This document shows, one piece after another, positions 28,749 to 39,070 of a stretch of DNA of 55,510 nucleotides. This DNA is from an uncultured Gammaproteobacteria bacterium. Lineage in GTDB: Bacteria; Patescibacteriota; Microgenomatia; UBA12405. The stretch covers positions 1 through 55,510 of the forward strand of contig CAZCFJ010000002.1 in assembly GCA_964497945.1 (NCBI GenBank). Direction: 5' to 3'. The position numbers and the translations under genes were made by a program. Within the stretch, counting starts at the first letter, position 1. Each line of letters opens with the position of its first letter. The notes under the pieces were generated by a model. It was not told the DNA's origin and made no database searches. It saw nothing but the letters and a program-made list of their open reading frames with translations.

Positions 28749-29894
28749 TTGCGAAACGAAGTAAAGTCCACCTTTGGCAGAAAAATTAAAAATTATCAAC
28801 CAAAGATTGCTATTTTTTACGATTGGTTAAATCAATGGGGCGGTGCCGAAAAAGTATTATTAGATATTCTCAAGGTTTTCCCCAATGCTCCAATTTTTAC
28901 TCTTGTTTATGACCCAAAAAAAACTGACTGGTTACCCAAAGATATTCAAATATTTACCTCGCAAATTAATAAACTACCATTATCAAAAAAAAATCCTATT
29001 TTTTATACTCCATTTTATTCCCTTGCTTTAGAACAATTTGATTTCTCTCAATACGACATAATTATTTCAACCACCTCTACTATTGGTCACTCTCTCCTTA
29101 CTCAACCAAAAACTTTATTTATTTGTTACCTACATAATGTAAATCGTTATTTATATCAAACCCCACCAAAATTTAAAATTATTTTTCCCATACTCAAAAA
29201 ATATCAAAAAACAGATTTTATTTTTGGTCAAAGACCAGATTACCTTTTATGTAATTCCAAAACCGTTCAGGAAAGAGTTAAATCTACCTATCAAAGATCA
29301 GCTGAAATTATTTATCCTGGTGTCGATACTGATTTTTTCACCAAAGGAACCGGAAACAATTCTCAAGAACCATACTTTTTAGTTGTGTCTCGTTTGGTTG
29401 CTCACAAAAGAATTGATCTGGCTATCAAAGCCTGTAATCAACTCAACAAAAAATTAATTATTGTTGGAGAGGGGAGAGATAGAAACAAATTAATTAAAAT
29501 TAGTAATAAAAATCCAAAATCAAAAGTTGTTTTTTTAGGTAAAGTTTCCGATAAAAAATTACTTTTTTTGTATCAAAATTGCCAAGCCTTAATTTGCCCA
29601 CAAGAAGAGGATTTTGGTTTAACTCCAATTGAGGCTCAAGCTTGTGGTAAACCAATAATTGCTTACAATAAAGGTGGTTTGACTGAAACAGTTATTGATA
29701 ACAAAACTGGAGTATTTTTTAATCAACAAACCGTAAGTTCATTACTTGATGCCATGGAAAAGTTTTCAAAAATAAATTTTTCTGCCGCAAATTGCGTTAA
29801 TAACGCTAGTCGATTTTCGAATCAAAATTTCATGTTAAACTTTAAGCAAACCATTAATAAATTATGGCAGCAACATCAAATCACTATATTGTAA
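28749..29894 (+). CDS. GT4-family glycosyltransferase
   Basis: Contains KIAIFYDWLNQWGGAEKVL and CPQEEDFGLTPIEAQACGKPIIAYNKGGLTETV. The start is TTG at 28749. There is no ATG near the conserved N-terminus, so the start is uncertain. Confidence 0.75.
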   Translation: MRNEVKSTFGRKIKNYQPKIAIFYDWLNQWGGAEKVLLDILKVFPNAPIFTLVYDPKKTDWLPKDIQIFTSQINKLPLSKKNPIFYTPFYSLALEQFDFSQYDIIISTTSTIGHSLLTQPKTLFICYLHNVNRYLYQTPPKFKIIFPILKKYQKTDFIFGQRPDYLLCNSKTVQERVKSTYQRSAEIIYPGVDTDFFTKGTGNNSQEPYFLVVSRLVAHKRIDLAIKACNQLNKKLIIVGEGRDRNKLIKISNKNPKSKVVFLGKVSDKKLLFLYQNCQALICPQEEDFGLTPIEAQACGKPIIAYNKGGLTETVIDNKTGVFFNQQTVSSLLDAMEKFSKINFSAANCVNNASRFSNQNFMLNFKQTINKLWQQHQITIL

Positions 29895-30955
29895 TTCTTT
29901 GTGGCGGTACTGGTCCCCGTCTTTGGCCATTATCTCGGGCCAATTATCCGAAACAATTTCTTCCTATTCTAAGTTCCAAAACTCTTTTAGAACAAACTCT
30001 TAATCGAGCCAAAAAAATATCTTCTTCAAAAAATATTTTTATAGTATCAACTCAACGTTATCAAAAAAAAATTGAAGAATTAATTGGCAATAAAATTCCT
30101 AAATCAAATTTTATTTATGAACCAAGTAAAAAAAATACCGCTATGGCTATTCTTTTTGCCATTAGTCATATTCAAAAAATAAATCCCAAAGCTGTCATTA
30201 CTACCACTCCAGCTGATCATTTCATCTCAAAAAATATTGCTTTCAAAAGAACTATTTTAAAAGCTGCCGCCTTAGCCTGTGGCCATCATCAAATACTCAC
30301 TATAGGAATTAAACCAACTTTTCCCAATATTTCTTACGGCTACATTATTCCTCAAGTCAAAAATCAAAATTTTTCTCATGTAAATTTATTCATCGAAAAG
30401 CCCGACAAAGAATCTGCTCAAAATTTAATTAAAAAAGGCGCTTTTTGGAATTCTGGTATTTACACATTTACCATCGAAGATATGATTTCTGAATTCGAAA
30501 AACTCCAGCCAGAATATTTTTCAATCTATCAACAACTTCTTTCTCTAGATAATTCAAAAAAAATTATTTCCATTTATAAAAAATCCCCAAATTTACCAAT
30601 TGATAGAGCAATTTCTGAAAAAAGTAACCAGGTGTCTGTTATTCCAGCCAGATTTAATTGGAGCGACGTAGGTGAGTGGAAGGCAATCTATAACCAACTC
30701 AAAAAAAATACCAGAGGAATGGCCGTATTAAATTCGGAATCTCAGTTTTTAGAAGTTAATTCAAAAAACTGTCTTATTTCTGCACCGAAAAATAAAATAA
30801 TTGGCTTGGTCGATGTTAACAATTTGGCTATCATTGATACCCCAGATGGACTATTAATTTGTAATATTGCTTACGATGGTAGCTACCGAGTTAGAGATAT
30901 AGTTTCTCAAATGGTTAAAAGTAAAAAATATAAAAATTATTTTCTTAAAAAATAA
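29864..30955 (+). CDS. mannose-1-phosphate guanylyltransferase-like nucleotidyltransferase
   Basis: Contains IVILCGGTGPRLWPLSRANYPKQFL. 363 aa, with no PMI domain. Confidence 0.75.
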   Translation: MAATSNHYIVILCGGTGPRLWPLSRANYPKQFLPILSSKTLLEQTLNRAKKISSSKNIFIVSTQRYQKKIEELIGNKIPKSNFIYEPSKKNTAMAILFAISHIQKINPKAVITTTPADHFISKNIAFKRTILKAAALACGHHQILTIGIKPTFPNISYGYIIPQVKNQNFSHVNLFIEKPDKESAQNLIKKGAFWNSGIYTFTIEDMISEFEKLQPEYFSIYQQLLSLDNSKKIISIYKKSPNLPIDRAISEKSNQVSVIPARFNWSDVGEWKAIYNQLKKNTRGMAVLNSESQFLEVNSKNCLISAPKNKIIGLVDVNNLAIIDTPDGLLICNIAYDGSYRVRDIVSQMVKSKKYKNYFLKK

Positions 30956-31596
30956 TGAAACAAAAAATAGTTTTTAATATTTTTAAAAGGGTTCTCGATA
31001 TTTTTAGCTCTATTTTTTTAATTATATTATTTTCACCTATTTTTTTAGTTACTATTATTGCTATAAAGTTAACCTCACCAGGCCCCATTTTCTTTAAACA
31101 AAAAAGAGTTACTAAAAATAACCATGAATTTTGGATGTACAAATTCCGGTCTATGTATACCGGAGATAATGATAAACGACTTCGAGAAAATTATCCAGAA
31201 TTGTGGAAAAAATATAAAGATGCTGGATGGAAATTACCCATGTCGGAAGATCCAAGAATTACTCCAATTGGAAAAATTATCCGAGCTACTTCAGTCGACG
31301 AATTTCCTCAACTAATTAATATTCTTAAAGGGGAAATGAGTCTTGTCGGGCCAAGAGCTTACCGAGAAGAAGAACTTCAAGAATACGAAAAAAAATACCC
31401 CAAAACCAAAAAATATATTGACGAGATCCGCTCAGTTAAACCAGGGTTAACCGGCCTTTGGCAAACTTCCGGTCGAAACGAATTAAATTTCGAACAACGT
31501 GCCAAACTCGATTCTAAATATATTCGCAATCAATCTGTTTGGCAGGAGATAAAAATCATTCTCAAAACACCAACATCAATGATCTCTCGCTGGTAA
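30955..31596 (+). CDS. small monotopic phosphoglycosyl transferase (Bac_transf family, PglC/WbaP C-terminal type)
   Basis: Contains FRSMY...DPRITPIGKIIRATSVDEFPQLINILKGEMSLVGPRA. Confidence 0.9.
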   Translation: MKQKIVFNIFKRVLDIFSSIFLIILFSPIFLVTIIAIKLTSPGPIFFKQKRVTKNNHEFWMYKFRSMYTGDNDKRLRENYPELWKKYKDAGWKLPMSEDPRITPIGKIIRATSVDEFPQLINILKGEMSLVGPRAYREEELQEYEKKYPKTKKYIDEIRSVKPGLTGLWQTSGRNELNFEQRAKLDSKYIRNQSVWQEIKIILKTPTSMISRW

Positions 31597-31625
31597 TTTT
31601 TTGCAATATTGTTTACACTAATAGT

Positions 31626-33554
31626 ATGGATTTAATCACTTCTGCCGCTAATACCAAACTTGGCAAAAAAATCAAAAAGAAATCAAATAAACTTCCAAAG
31701 ATACTTTTGATTATCCTTGCTGTTATATTAGGTATTTCTATTTTTCTTTTCCTTTTTGCCTATTTACCTGCTAAAGAGCTTCAAAACCAACTCAACAATA
31801 CCAAAACTGAAGTTAGCACTTTAAAACAAAACATTAACGACAAAGACTTAGAACAAATTAAGATTCGAATCGCTAATCTCAAAAATCAAGTCAATCTAAT
31901 TGAATCAAGTTACAATAAATTAAAATTAATCGGATCTTTTCCTGTTATTCATAGTTATTACCAAGATGGTAAACAAGCTTTAAATATAGCCAAAAACGGT
32001 CTGGAAACCGGAGAGATTGTTATAAAAGCCATTGAACCATATTCCGATTTCCTTGGTATCAAAGGTGGCGCCACCAGCAGTCAAGAAACTACCGAAGACA
32101 GAATTGCTTTTTTAACTCAATCAATTGAAGGATTGACTCCATACCTTGATACTATCGAAACAAAAATGTCAGAAATTAATGAATCTATCAATAAAATAGA
32201 TTCATCTCGATACCCAGAAGAGCTCAAAGGTTATCAAATAAAATCAAATATTACTAAAGCTCAGGATTTAATTTCTCAAGCCTATACTCTTGTAAAAGAC
32301 GGTAAACCATTACTGGCCAAAACTTCATGGCTCTTAGGTAAAGACTCACCCCGTAAATATTTAATGGTTTTTCAAAACGATGGTGAACTCCGTCCTAGTG
32401 GTGGTTTTTGGACTGCTTATAGCACTATTACTGTTAATAACGGAAAAGTTACTCCCGGATCAGCCAGCAATATTTATGATCTTGATGACAAAATTAACAG
32501 CAAAACTCCCGCACCAAGATTAATCAAAAGTTATCACATCAATGTTCCTTATCTCAATCTTCGTGATAGCAACCTTTCACCCGATTTTCCTACAGATGCA
32601 AAAATTTTCTTAGATCAATATACCAAAGTTATGGGTAGCAAAGACAAATTCGACGCTGTTATTGCTATTGACACTCAGTTATTAGTCGATATGGTTTCTG
32701 TATTGGGGAAATTAGATACACGAGTTGGCTCGTTTACCACCCAACCAGATAAAAGATGTGACGGTTGTCCTCAGATTATTTATGAAATGCAATGGATGTC
32801 TGGTCGACCTCGTGATTATATTGAAAAAAATCGAAAAGATTTTATGAATCCACTCATGTCTGCTCTCCTAGCCAACGTTATGGGCTCAGAAAAATCAAAA
32901 ATGGGATTACTTATGCAAGCTTTCTTTACAGATATTAATCAAAAACATGTTATGGTTTATTTCCCCGATGAAGAAATGCAAAAAGTTGGTAATTTAGCCA
33001 ATATTACCGGAAAAATTTATGATGTTGATAAATCAATTGATTATCTCCATCTCAATGATGCTAATTTCGCCAGCGCTAAAAGTAATATTTTTATTACTCA
33101 AAAAATCAATCACGACATTAATATTAAAAATAGTGTCGCTACTCATAAAATTTCTGTTACCTATACCAATCCCGCTGCCGGTTCTAATTGTAACCTTGAA
33201 AAGGGAGATTTATGTCTCAACGCTTCTACTTATCGTGATCTGTTCCGTTTTTACACTCCAACCGGCTCAAAACTTATCAAAATGACCGGTTCTGAAGTTG
33301 AAACAGTTCAATACGAAGAATTAAACAAACAGGTTTTTGAAGGATTTTATGGAAACAAATTCGGCCTCAATCCTAAGTCTAATATTAAAACTTCAATTGA
33401 ATACACTTCCGGAGCCAATATTGGGAAAACCTATACTCTAATGCTTCAAAAACAACCTGGAACTAAAGCTGTCGAATATAATCTCACTATTAACGGCCAA
33501 AAGCAACCAACATTCCAATGGGTCGCCGACAAAACCATTAAATTCTCTCTCTAA
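31626..33554 (+). CDS. DUF4012-family exported/anchored protein
   Basis: The start is set at ATG 31626 (MDLITS). It has one N-terminal TM and a coiled-coil region. FQNDGELRPSGGFWTAY matches the motif I recall for DUF4012. Confidence 0.55.
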   Translation: MDLITSAANTKLGKKIKKKSNKLPKILLIILAVILGISIFLFLFAYLPAKELQNQLNNTKTEVSTLKQNINDKDLEQIKIRIANLKNQVNLIESSYNKLKLIGSFPVIHSYYQDGKQALNIAKNGLETGEIVIKAIEPYSDFLGIKGGATSSQETTEDRIAFLTQSIEGLTPYLDTIETKMSEINESINKIDSSRYPEELKGYQIKSNITKAQDLISQAYTLVKDGKPLLAKTSWLLGKDSPRKYLMVFQNDGELRPSGGFWTAYSTITVNNGKVTPGSASNIYDLDDKINSKTPAPRLIKSYHINVPYLNLRDSNLSPDFPTDAKIFLDQYTKVMGSKDKFDAVIAIDTQLLVDMVSVLGKLDTRVGSFTTQPDKRCDGCPQIIYEMQWMSGRPRDYIEKNRKDFMNPLMSALLANVMGSEKSKMGLLMQAFFTDINQKHVMVYFPDEEMQKVGNLANITGKIYDVDKSIDYLHLNDANFASAKSNIFITQKINHDINIKNSVATHKISVTYTNPAAGSNCNLEKGDLCLNASTYRDLFRFYTPTGSKLIKMTGSEVETVQYEELNKQVFEGFYGNKFGLNPKSNIKTSIEYTSGANIGKTYTLMLQKQPGTKAVEYNLTINGQKQPTFQWVADKTIKFSL

Positions 33555-34114
33555 TGGAGCGATATCAATCGACTTTAGGAATTATTATTAATAAACGAAC
33601 TTCAAAAGAAGCTGATTTATTAATAACCATATTAACCCCAAGATTAGGTAAAGTTATTGCACTCGCCAAAGGTGCTAAAAATATTAAAAGCAGTCGTCTA
33701 GGGAATCTTCAACTAGGCAACACTGTTAAACTTCAACTTTATCAAAAAAATAACTTTAACTGGATTTCTGAAACCCAAAATATTTTTCCTTTTCTTCAAA
33801 CCGATAAAAATTTAGCCCAACTTAATCTTTTATTTTATTTTTTAGAAATTGTTAATCAACTTATCGCTGAAAATCAACATATTGAAGGTATTTTTGAAGT
33901 TTCTCAAAATATTATCAATGCCATCAATAAAAATCTCATCAGCCAATATATTTTTAACGAAATCAAGTTTTTAGAACTTCTCGGCTTTGGTGTTCCACCA
34001 GAAATCAAACAAAATTTTTCTAATAAAGATTACAAAACCAGTCAAAAACTCATCAAACGTTTTTTTGAATCTATTATCGAAAAACCTCTCGAAAGCAACA
34101 AATTATTCAAATGA
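33554..34114 (+). CDS. recO: DNA repair protein RecO (short form)
   Basis: Contains GIIINKRTSKEADLLITILTPRLGKVIALAKGAKNIKSSR, an N-terminal OB-fold pattern. 186 aa. Confidence 0.6.
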   Translation: MERYQSTLGIIINKRTSKEADLLITILTPRLGKVIALAKGAKNIKSSRLGNLQLGNTVKLQLYQKNNFNWISETQNIFPFLQTDKNLAQLNLLFYFLEIVNQLIAENQHIEGIFEVSQNIINAINKNLISQYIFNEIKFLELLGFGVPPEIKQNFSNKDYKTSQKLIKRFFESIIEKPLESNKLFK

Positions 34115-35523
34115 AAAGTAAACAGATTATTTACAAAATATCTTTAATTTTATTATTTTTTGCCGGTATTTTCCTTCGATTTTTTAATTTAGATACTACT
34201 GCCAGATTTACTCGAGACGAATCTAGTGACCTAGTAAAAATAAAACAAATTATCGACCAAAAAGATATTACTCTAATTGGACCAACTGCCGAAGGAAATA
34301 CCGGAATTTTTAGTTCTCTTACGTATTATATTTCTTTACCATTTGTTTATTTTTCCAAAAACAATCCTGTTAGTCCAGCATGGGCCTCAGCCTTTTATGG
34401 CTCCGTTACGATTCTACTTATTTGGATATATTTTAAAAAACAAAAAGATATTTGGAAGCCCATTTATTTTTTACCAATAGTTTTAACACCATTTATTCAA
34501 ATGTCACGATGGGCTTGGAATCCACATTTTATTCCACTCTGGCAAATTTTAGGCATACTAATTCTAAGCTCTAATCTTCCATTAAATTTCTTCATCAGTG
34601 GTATAATTTTTGGGTTAACTATCCATCAACATTGGTATGCCGTCTTTTCTTGCCTTGGAATGGCCGTTTTAATTCTAATTAAAAATAAAAAAATCAAACC
34701 ATTGCTTTACTTTTTAACTGGACTCTTTATTTCTATCTGTCCATTTATTTTATTTGATCTCACCCATCCACCAGGGTTATTTTTTAGCCGAATGTTATAT
34801 TTCAGTCCGGTAGCAATAAACCAGTCTCTAAATATTTTCTCAATTTTTTCTAGAGTATTAACAATTCCATTTCAATTCTTTAATTATTTAACCTTCCACC
34901 AACCAATACTAACTTGGCTAATTATTTTACTGACTACAATTTTAATCATCAAAAATTTTTATCAAAAAAAATCTAATCTCAATCTTTTTCTTATTCCAAT
35001 TTTATTTCAATTTTTGGGGTTATCTATTATTTCAACACCTATTGAAGATCGTTATCTTATACCTGGGATTATTTTCTTTATTATTTGGCTCTCTTATAAT
35101 GCAAAAAATATTTTTGCCAAAATTTTAATAATTACCCTTATCTTTTCTGGACTCTACTCATTACCTAAAATTATTTTTCAAAACGACTGGACTAACAATC
35201 TTACTGCTCTGACCGAAATTACTCAGATCATTGAAAATAAGTCATCATCTATAAACAAATTTAATTTAGTAGTTTTACAAAGCCCCGATCAAAATACCAA
35301 AGGCAGTCGTTTCAGAGATTTACTCAAAATAAAAAATATTAATCCACTTCCACCAGAAGATTATTCAAACCCAAATTCTCTTTTTGTAATTACTTATTCC
35401 GATAATTGGGAAAAAATTAAAACCGATCCTGCCTACGAAATGGATCATTTCCGAAAAAACCAACCAGACCAAGTTTGGAAAATCAAAAACTCTCAATGGT
35501 TTCTTTACCAAGTTAATAAATAA
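34111..35523 (+). CDS. GT-C-type membrane glycosyltransferase (ArnT/PMT-like)
   Basis: 470 aa and polytopic. The first extracytoplasmic loop carries RFTRDESSDL, a DE-type motif. Confidence 0.5.
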   Translation: MKSKQIIYKISLILLFFAGIFLRFFNLDTTARFTRDESSDLVKIKQIIDQKDITLIGPTAEGNTGIFSSLTYYISLPFVYFSKNNPVSPAWASAFYGSVTILLIWIYFKKQKDIWKPIYFLPIVLTPFIQMSRWAWNPHFIPLWQILGILILSSNLPLNFFISGIIFGLTIHQHWYAVFSCLGMAVLILIKNKKIKPLLYFLTGLFISICPFILFDLTHPPGLFFSRMLYFSPVAINQSLNIFSIFSRVLTIPFQFFNYLTFHQPILTWLIILLTTILIIKNFYQKKSNLNLFLIPILFQFLGLSIISTPIEDRYLIPGIIFFIIWLSYNAKNIFAKILIITLIFSGLYSLPKIIFQNDWTNNLTALTEITQIIENKSSSINKFNLVVLQSPDQNTKGSRFRDLLKIKNINPLPPEDYSNPNSLFVITYSDNWEKIKTDPAYEMDHFRKNQPDQVWKIKNSQWFLYQVNK

Positions 35524-35526
35524 AAT

Positions 35527-35991
35527 ATGGCAAATATCAATGATTATCAAAAAGTTAATACTTTTTTATTGAAAAATAATATCAATTCTATTTTGTATGG
35601 CTCTCTTGGTGTCTCTGTCTATCTTGGCAACTTTAAAGAATTTAGCGATATCGATCTATTAGTTGATGAAAACTTTTTAAAGAGTGATTGGTTAAAGTTA
35701 GTAAAAATTATGGAAGACAATGGATTTAAATTAGTTAACGAATCAGAACATGAATTTTGTGATCAAAAAATAACCGTCGCTTTTGCTCCGAAAATAATTT
35801 TAATTAGAGACAAAATTTGCAATCCAGAAACTGATATTCAAATTCATTACCAAAATGGAGTCAAGGTTATTACCTTAAACAAAGAATCATTTATTAAAGC
35901 TTATCTCTTCAGTTCAAAAGATGGATATAGAAAAAACAAAAGAGGTAAAAAGGATTTAAATATCGTCAAAAAACTTCAAAATATTCAATAA
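35527..35991 (+). CDS. nucleotidyltransferase-fold protein
   Basis: Contains LYGSLGVSVYLGNFKEFSDIDLLV, matching the GS...DxD NTase motif. Confidence 0.45.
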   Translation: MANINDYQKVNTFLLKNNINSILYGSLGVSVYLGNFKEFSDIDLLVDENFLKSDWLKLVKIMEDNGFKLVNESEHEFCDQKITVAFAPKIILIRDKICNPETDIQIHYQNGVKVITLNKESFIKAYLFSSKDGYRKNKRGKKDLNIVKKLQNIQ

Positions 35992-36020
35992 TTAACTAGT
36001 TTTTTAATTTAGTGTAAAAT
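35992..36020 (+). promoter_or_regulatory. putative glyQS promoter (TTAACT-17 nt-TAAAAT)
   Basis: The hexamers are at 35992-35997 and 36015-36020. Confidence 0.4.
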
Positions 36021-36026
36021 ATACTC

Positions 36027-36172
36027 ATCGTCAACTATGACCGAATCGGCAATTCGCGAGTTGAAAGTTTAAAAGTGGACGGACAACTGGAATAAATAAT
36101 CCGTCAAATAGGGTGGAACCGCGGAAAGAAATTTTCGTCCCTAAAAATTAATATTAATTTTTAAGGATACAC
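36027..36172 (+). promoter_or_regulatory. T-box leader (glycine-specific)
   Basis: AAATAGGGTGGAACCGCGG (36107-36125) matches the T-box consensus AAUUAGGGUGGUACCGCG. The 3' antiterminator strand TTCGTCCCT lies at 36134-36142. The leader sits directly upstream of glycyl-tRNA synthetase. Confidence 0.85.
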
Positions 36173-37492
36173 ATGGCAGACAATCAAAACGATCTCGTCA
36201 GTAAAATCGTCAGTCTCTGTAAACGCAGAGGAATTATTTTTCAAAATTCTGAAATTTACGGTGGTGTTCAAGGTTTTTACGATTATGGTCCGGTCGGATC
36301 ACTCATGAAATTAAATTGGAAAAATTATTGGTGGCAAACAAATGTCATCAAACGTCGCGATGTTGTTGGTATTGATGGTTCTATCATTACTCACCCAACC
36401 GTTTGGCAAGCATCTGGTCACGTCAAAAATTTTGCCGATGTTATGGTTGAATGTAAAAAATGTCACAAACGATTTCGTCCAGACTTACTCGATGATCCGT
36501 CAAAATGTCCTGAATGTGGCGGAGAATTTACTAAGGGTCGAAAATACAATATATTATTTGAAACAGAAATCGGTGTCATTGAAGGCGAAAAACAACATGC
36601 CTATCTAAGAGGAGAGGCCTGCCAAACTATTTATTTGGATTTCAAAAATATAGTTGACTCTTGCCGCGTCAAAATCCCTTTCGGTATCGCTCAAATTGGG
36701 AAAGCTTTCCGCAATGAAATTACTCCAAAAAACTTCCTCTATCGCACTCGCGAATTTGAACAATGGGACATTCAATATTTTGTTCATCCCAGCCAAATGG
36801 ATAAGTGGTTTGAATATTGGAAAGAAAACCGTATGAACTGGTATAAATCATTATTTAATAACTCAGAAAGTTTACGTTTCCGCGAACATGCCAAAGACGA
36901 ATTAGCTTTTTATGCCAAAAAAGCATTTGACATCGAATACAACGCTCCTTGGGGTTGGGCTGAAATGGAAGGAATTCACTGGCGATCAGACTACGATTTA
37001 ACTCAACATTCCAAATTTAGCGGTCAAGATCTTTCCTATATTGATCCCGTCACTCACGAAAAATATCTCCCTTGGATTACTGAAACTTCTGGAGGAGTTG
37101 ATCGTAGTTTCTTTTTTATGCTTTTAGACGCTTACCGTGAAGAAACCACTTCTAGTGGAGAAGTTAGGACTTATCTTAAAGTTAATCCCAAAGTTGCTGC
37201 TTATAAAATGGCTGTTATTCCATTAGCCGCTAACAAACCAGAGTTAATTGATAAAGCCGAAAAAATTTTCAATCAACTAAATCAAAAATATTCCGTTGAT
37301 TGGGATGATAGTAGTAATATTGGGAAAAAATATCGCCGCCAAGACGAAATCGGTACGCCTTGGTGTTTAGTTGTCGACTATCAAACTTTAGAAGACAATA
37401 CTGTCTCTATTCGCGACCGAGACACTATGGAACAAATTCGTCTTAATGCTGACGAAATTGACAGTTGGTTAGAAAAAAGGTTAAATAACTAA
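36173..37492 (+). CDS. glyQS: glycine--tRNA ligase (alpha2 type)
   Basis: 439 aa. Contains IFQNSEIYGG and QIGKAFRNEITPKNFLYRTREFEQWDIQYF, plus a Cys-rich insertion CKKCHKRF...CPECGG. Confidence 0.95.
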   Translation: MADNQNDLVSKIVSLCKRRGIIFQNSEIYGGVQGFYDYGPVGSLMKLNWKNYWWQTNVIKRRDVVGIDGSIITHPTVWQASGHVKNFADVMVECKKCHKRFRPDLLDDPSKCPECGGEFTKGRKYNILFETEIGVIEGEKQHAYLRGEACQTIYLDFKNIVDSCRVKIPFGIAQIGKAFRNEITPKNFLYRTREFEQWDIQYFVHPSQMDKWFEYWKENRMNWYKSLFNNSESLRFREHAKDELAFYAKKAFDIEYNAPWGWAEMEGIHWRSDYDLTQHSKFSGQDLSYIDPVTHEKYLPWITETSGGVDRSFFFMLLDAYREETTSSGEVRTYLKVNPKVAAYKMAVIPLAANKPELIDKAEKIFNQLNQKYSVDWDDSSNIGKKYRRQDEIGTPWCLVVDYQTLEDNTVSIRDRDTMEQIRLNADEIDSWLEKRLNN

Positions 37493-37493
37493 T

Positions 37494-38195
37494 ATGAATA
37501 AACTAAAAATAATTTCATTATCATTAGTAGTTGTTTTTTCCTCCCTGTTTCTTTCTGCTTGTGGTAAAAAGAAAACTGAGACCAACAAATCTACTCCTAC
37601 CAAGGGCATTCAAAAAGAATTGGTTCTTTCTGAATCAGAAAAACCAATAATTTCCCTTATTCCCCGCGAGGACGGTCACGAATTAAAACTAAAAATTGAT
37701 AATATTCCTTCAAATATTAGTCAAATCGATTATGAACTTATTTATTCCGCTACCGAAAATGGTTTAACTATGGAAAAAGGTGTCGGCGATACTGTTAAAA
37801 TAACTTCAAAAAATATTGAAAAAGATCTTCTTTTAGGTACTTCTAGCTGCACCAATGGTTGTAAATATAAATATGACACCGGTGTTTCTGAAGGTACTCT
37901 TTCTTTAATTTTTTACACTAACGATAATCAAAGCGCTACTTACGAAACACCATTTATTTTAAAAACTTCAGCTGATATCAAAAAAGACGGCGGTCTAACT
38001 CTCAAAGGTCAAGATTTTTCCATTAAAGCTACCACTACTACCAAAAGTGATTATTTTATTGTCATCAAAAATTACCCTTCTTATTTTTCCGTCTTTTCTA
38101 ACAGCAAAGGTGCTGGAAAAATTACCTCCATCACTCCCACCACGGTTACCAAACAAGATATGACTTCTTTGGTTGGCAACTATACTACCAACTAA
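37494..38195 (+). CDS. lipoprotein of unknown function
   Basis: Signal peptide with the lipobox LFLSAC. Confidence 0.65.
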   Translation: MNKLKIISLSLVVVFSSLFLSACGKKKTETNKSTPTKGIQKELVLSESEKPIISLIPREDGHELKLKIDNIPSNISQIDYELIYSATENGLTMEKGVGDTVKITSKNIEKDLLLGTSSCTNGCKYKYDTGVSEGTLSLIFYTNDNQSATYETPFILKTSADIKKDGGLTLKGQDFSIKATTTTKSDYFIVIKNYPSYFSVFSNSKGAGKITSITPTTVTKQDMTSLVGNYTTN

Positions 38196-39070
38196 TGAAT
38201 TTCCATACCTCTGTTTTACTTAAGGAAAGTATCAGTAATCTTTTTATTGAGTCCAATGGTTTATATATTGATGCCACTTTGGGTCACGGCGGTCATGCTA
38301 TCGAAATTCTCAAACTTGGCGGTGCTGTTTATGGATTTGATCAGGATCCTATCAACTTAAGTATTGCTAATAATCGAATTAAAAAGTTAAATCTTGATTC
38401 AAAATTTGTTCCAGTAAACCAAAATTTTAACAGTATCGAAAAATTTGTTACTCAAAAAATCAAACAAAAAGTCGATGGTTTAATTGCCGATTTAGGTTTA
38501 AGTCAAAGCCAACAAACTGCCAATAATAGGGGATTTTCCTTTAATGACACACTTTCTTTAGATATGCGTCTCGATCCAAAATCTCAAAATTTAACTGCCG
38601 AAGAAATAATTAATACTTATTCTTTTAACGATCTTTATGAAATTTTTACCAAATTCGGTCAGGAACTTTATAGTAAACCGTTAATTCTTCATATTATTAG
38701 ACAACGTCAAAAATCTCCTATTAAATCAGGTGAAAGATTAGCCAATATTATCCGTGATTATTATCAAAAACATCACATTAAAACCAAAATTGATCCGGCC
38801 ACAAAAATATTTTTAAGCCTTCGTATTGCTGTCAATCAAGAAAATAGTAATTTACAAAAACTACTTGAACAAAGTTTAGAAGTAGTGAAACCAGGTGGTA
38901 ATGTTTCCATAATTACTTTCCATTCCGGTGAAGATAGAATTGTTAAACAATTTCTTATTAAGAACTCCAACAGATTAATTTCTCAAAAACCCATCAAACC
39001 TACACTTGAAGAAGTTAAAAATAACCCTTTATCTCGCTCTAGTATTCTTAGATCGTATAAAATAGTTTAA
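38195..39070 (+). CDS. rsmH: 16S rRNA (cytosine1402-N4)-methyltransferase
   Basis: Contains HTSVLLKESI, DATLGHGGHA, DLGLSQSQ and SFHSGEDRIVK-like ITFHSGEDRIVK. Confidence 0.9.
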   Translation: MNFHTSVLLKESISNLFIESNGLYIDATLGHGGHAIEILKLGGAVYGFDQDPINLSIANNRIKKLNLDSKFVPVNQNFNSIEKFVTQKIKQKVDGLIADLGLSQSQQTANNRGFSFNDTLSLDMRLDPKSQNLTAEEIINTYSFNDLYEIFTKFGQELYSKPLILHIIRQRQKSPIKSGERLANIIRDYYQKHHIKTKIDPATKIFLSLRIAVNQENSNLQKLLEQSLEVVKPGGNVSIITFHSGEDRIVKQFLIKNSNRLISQKPIKPTLEEVKNNPLSRSSILRSYKIV

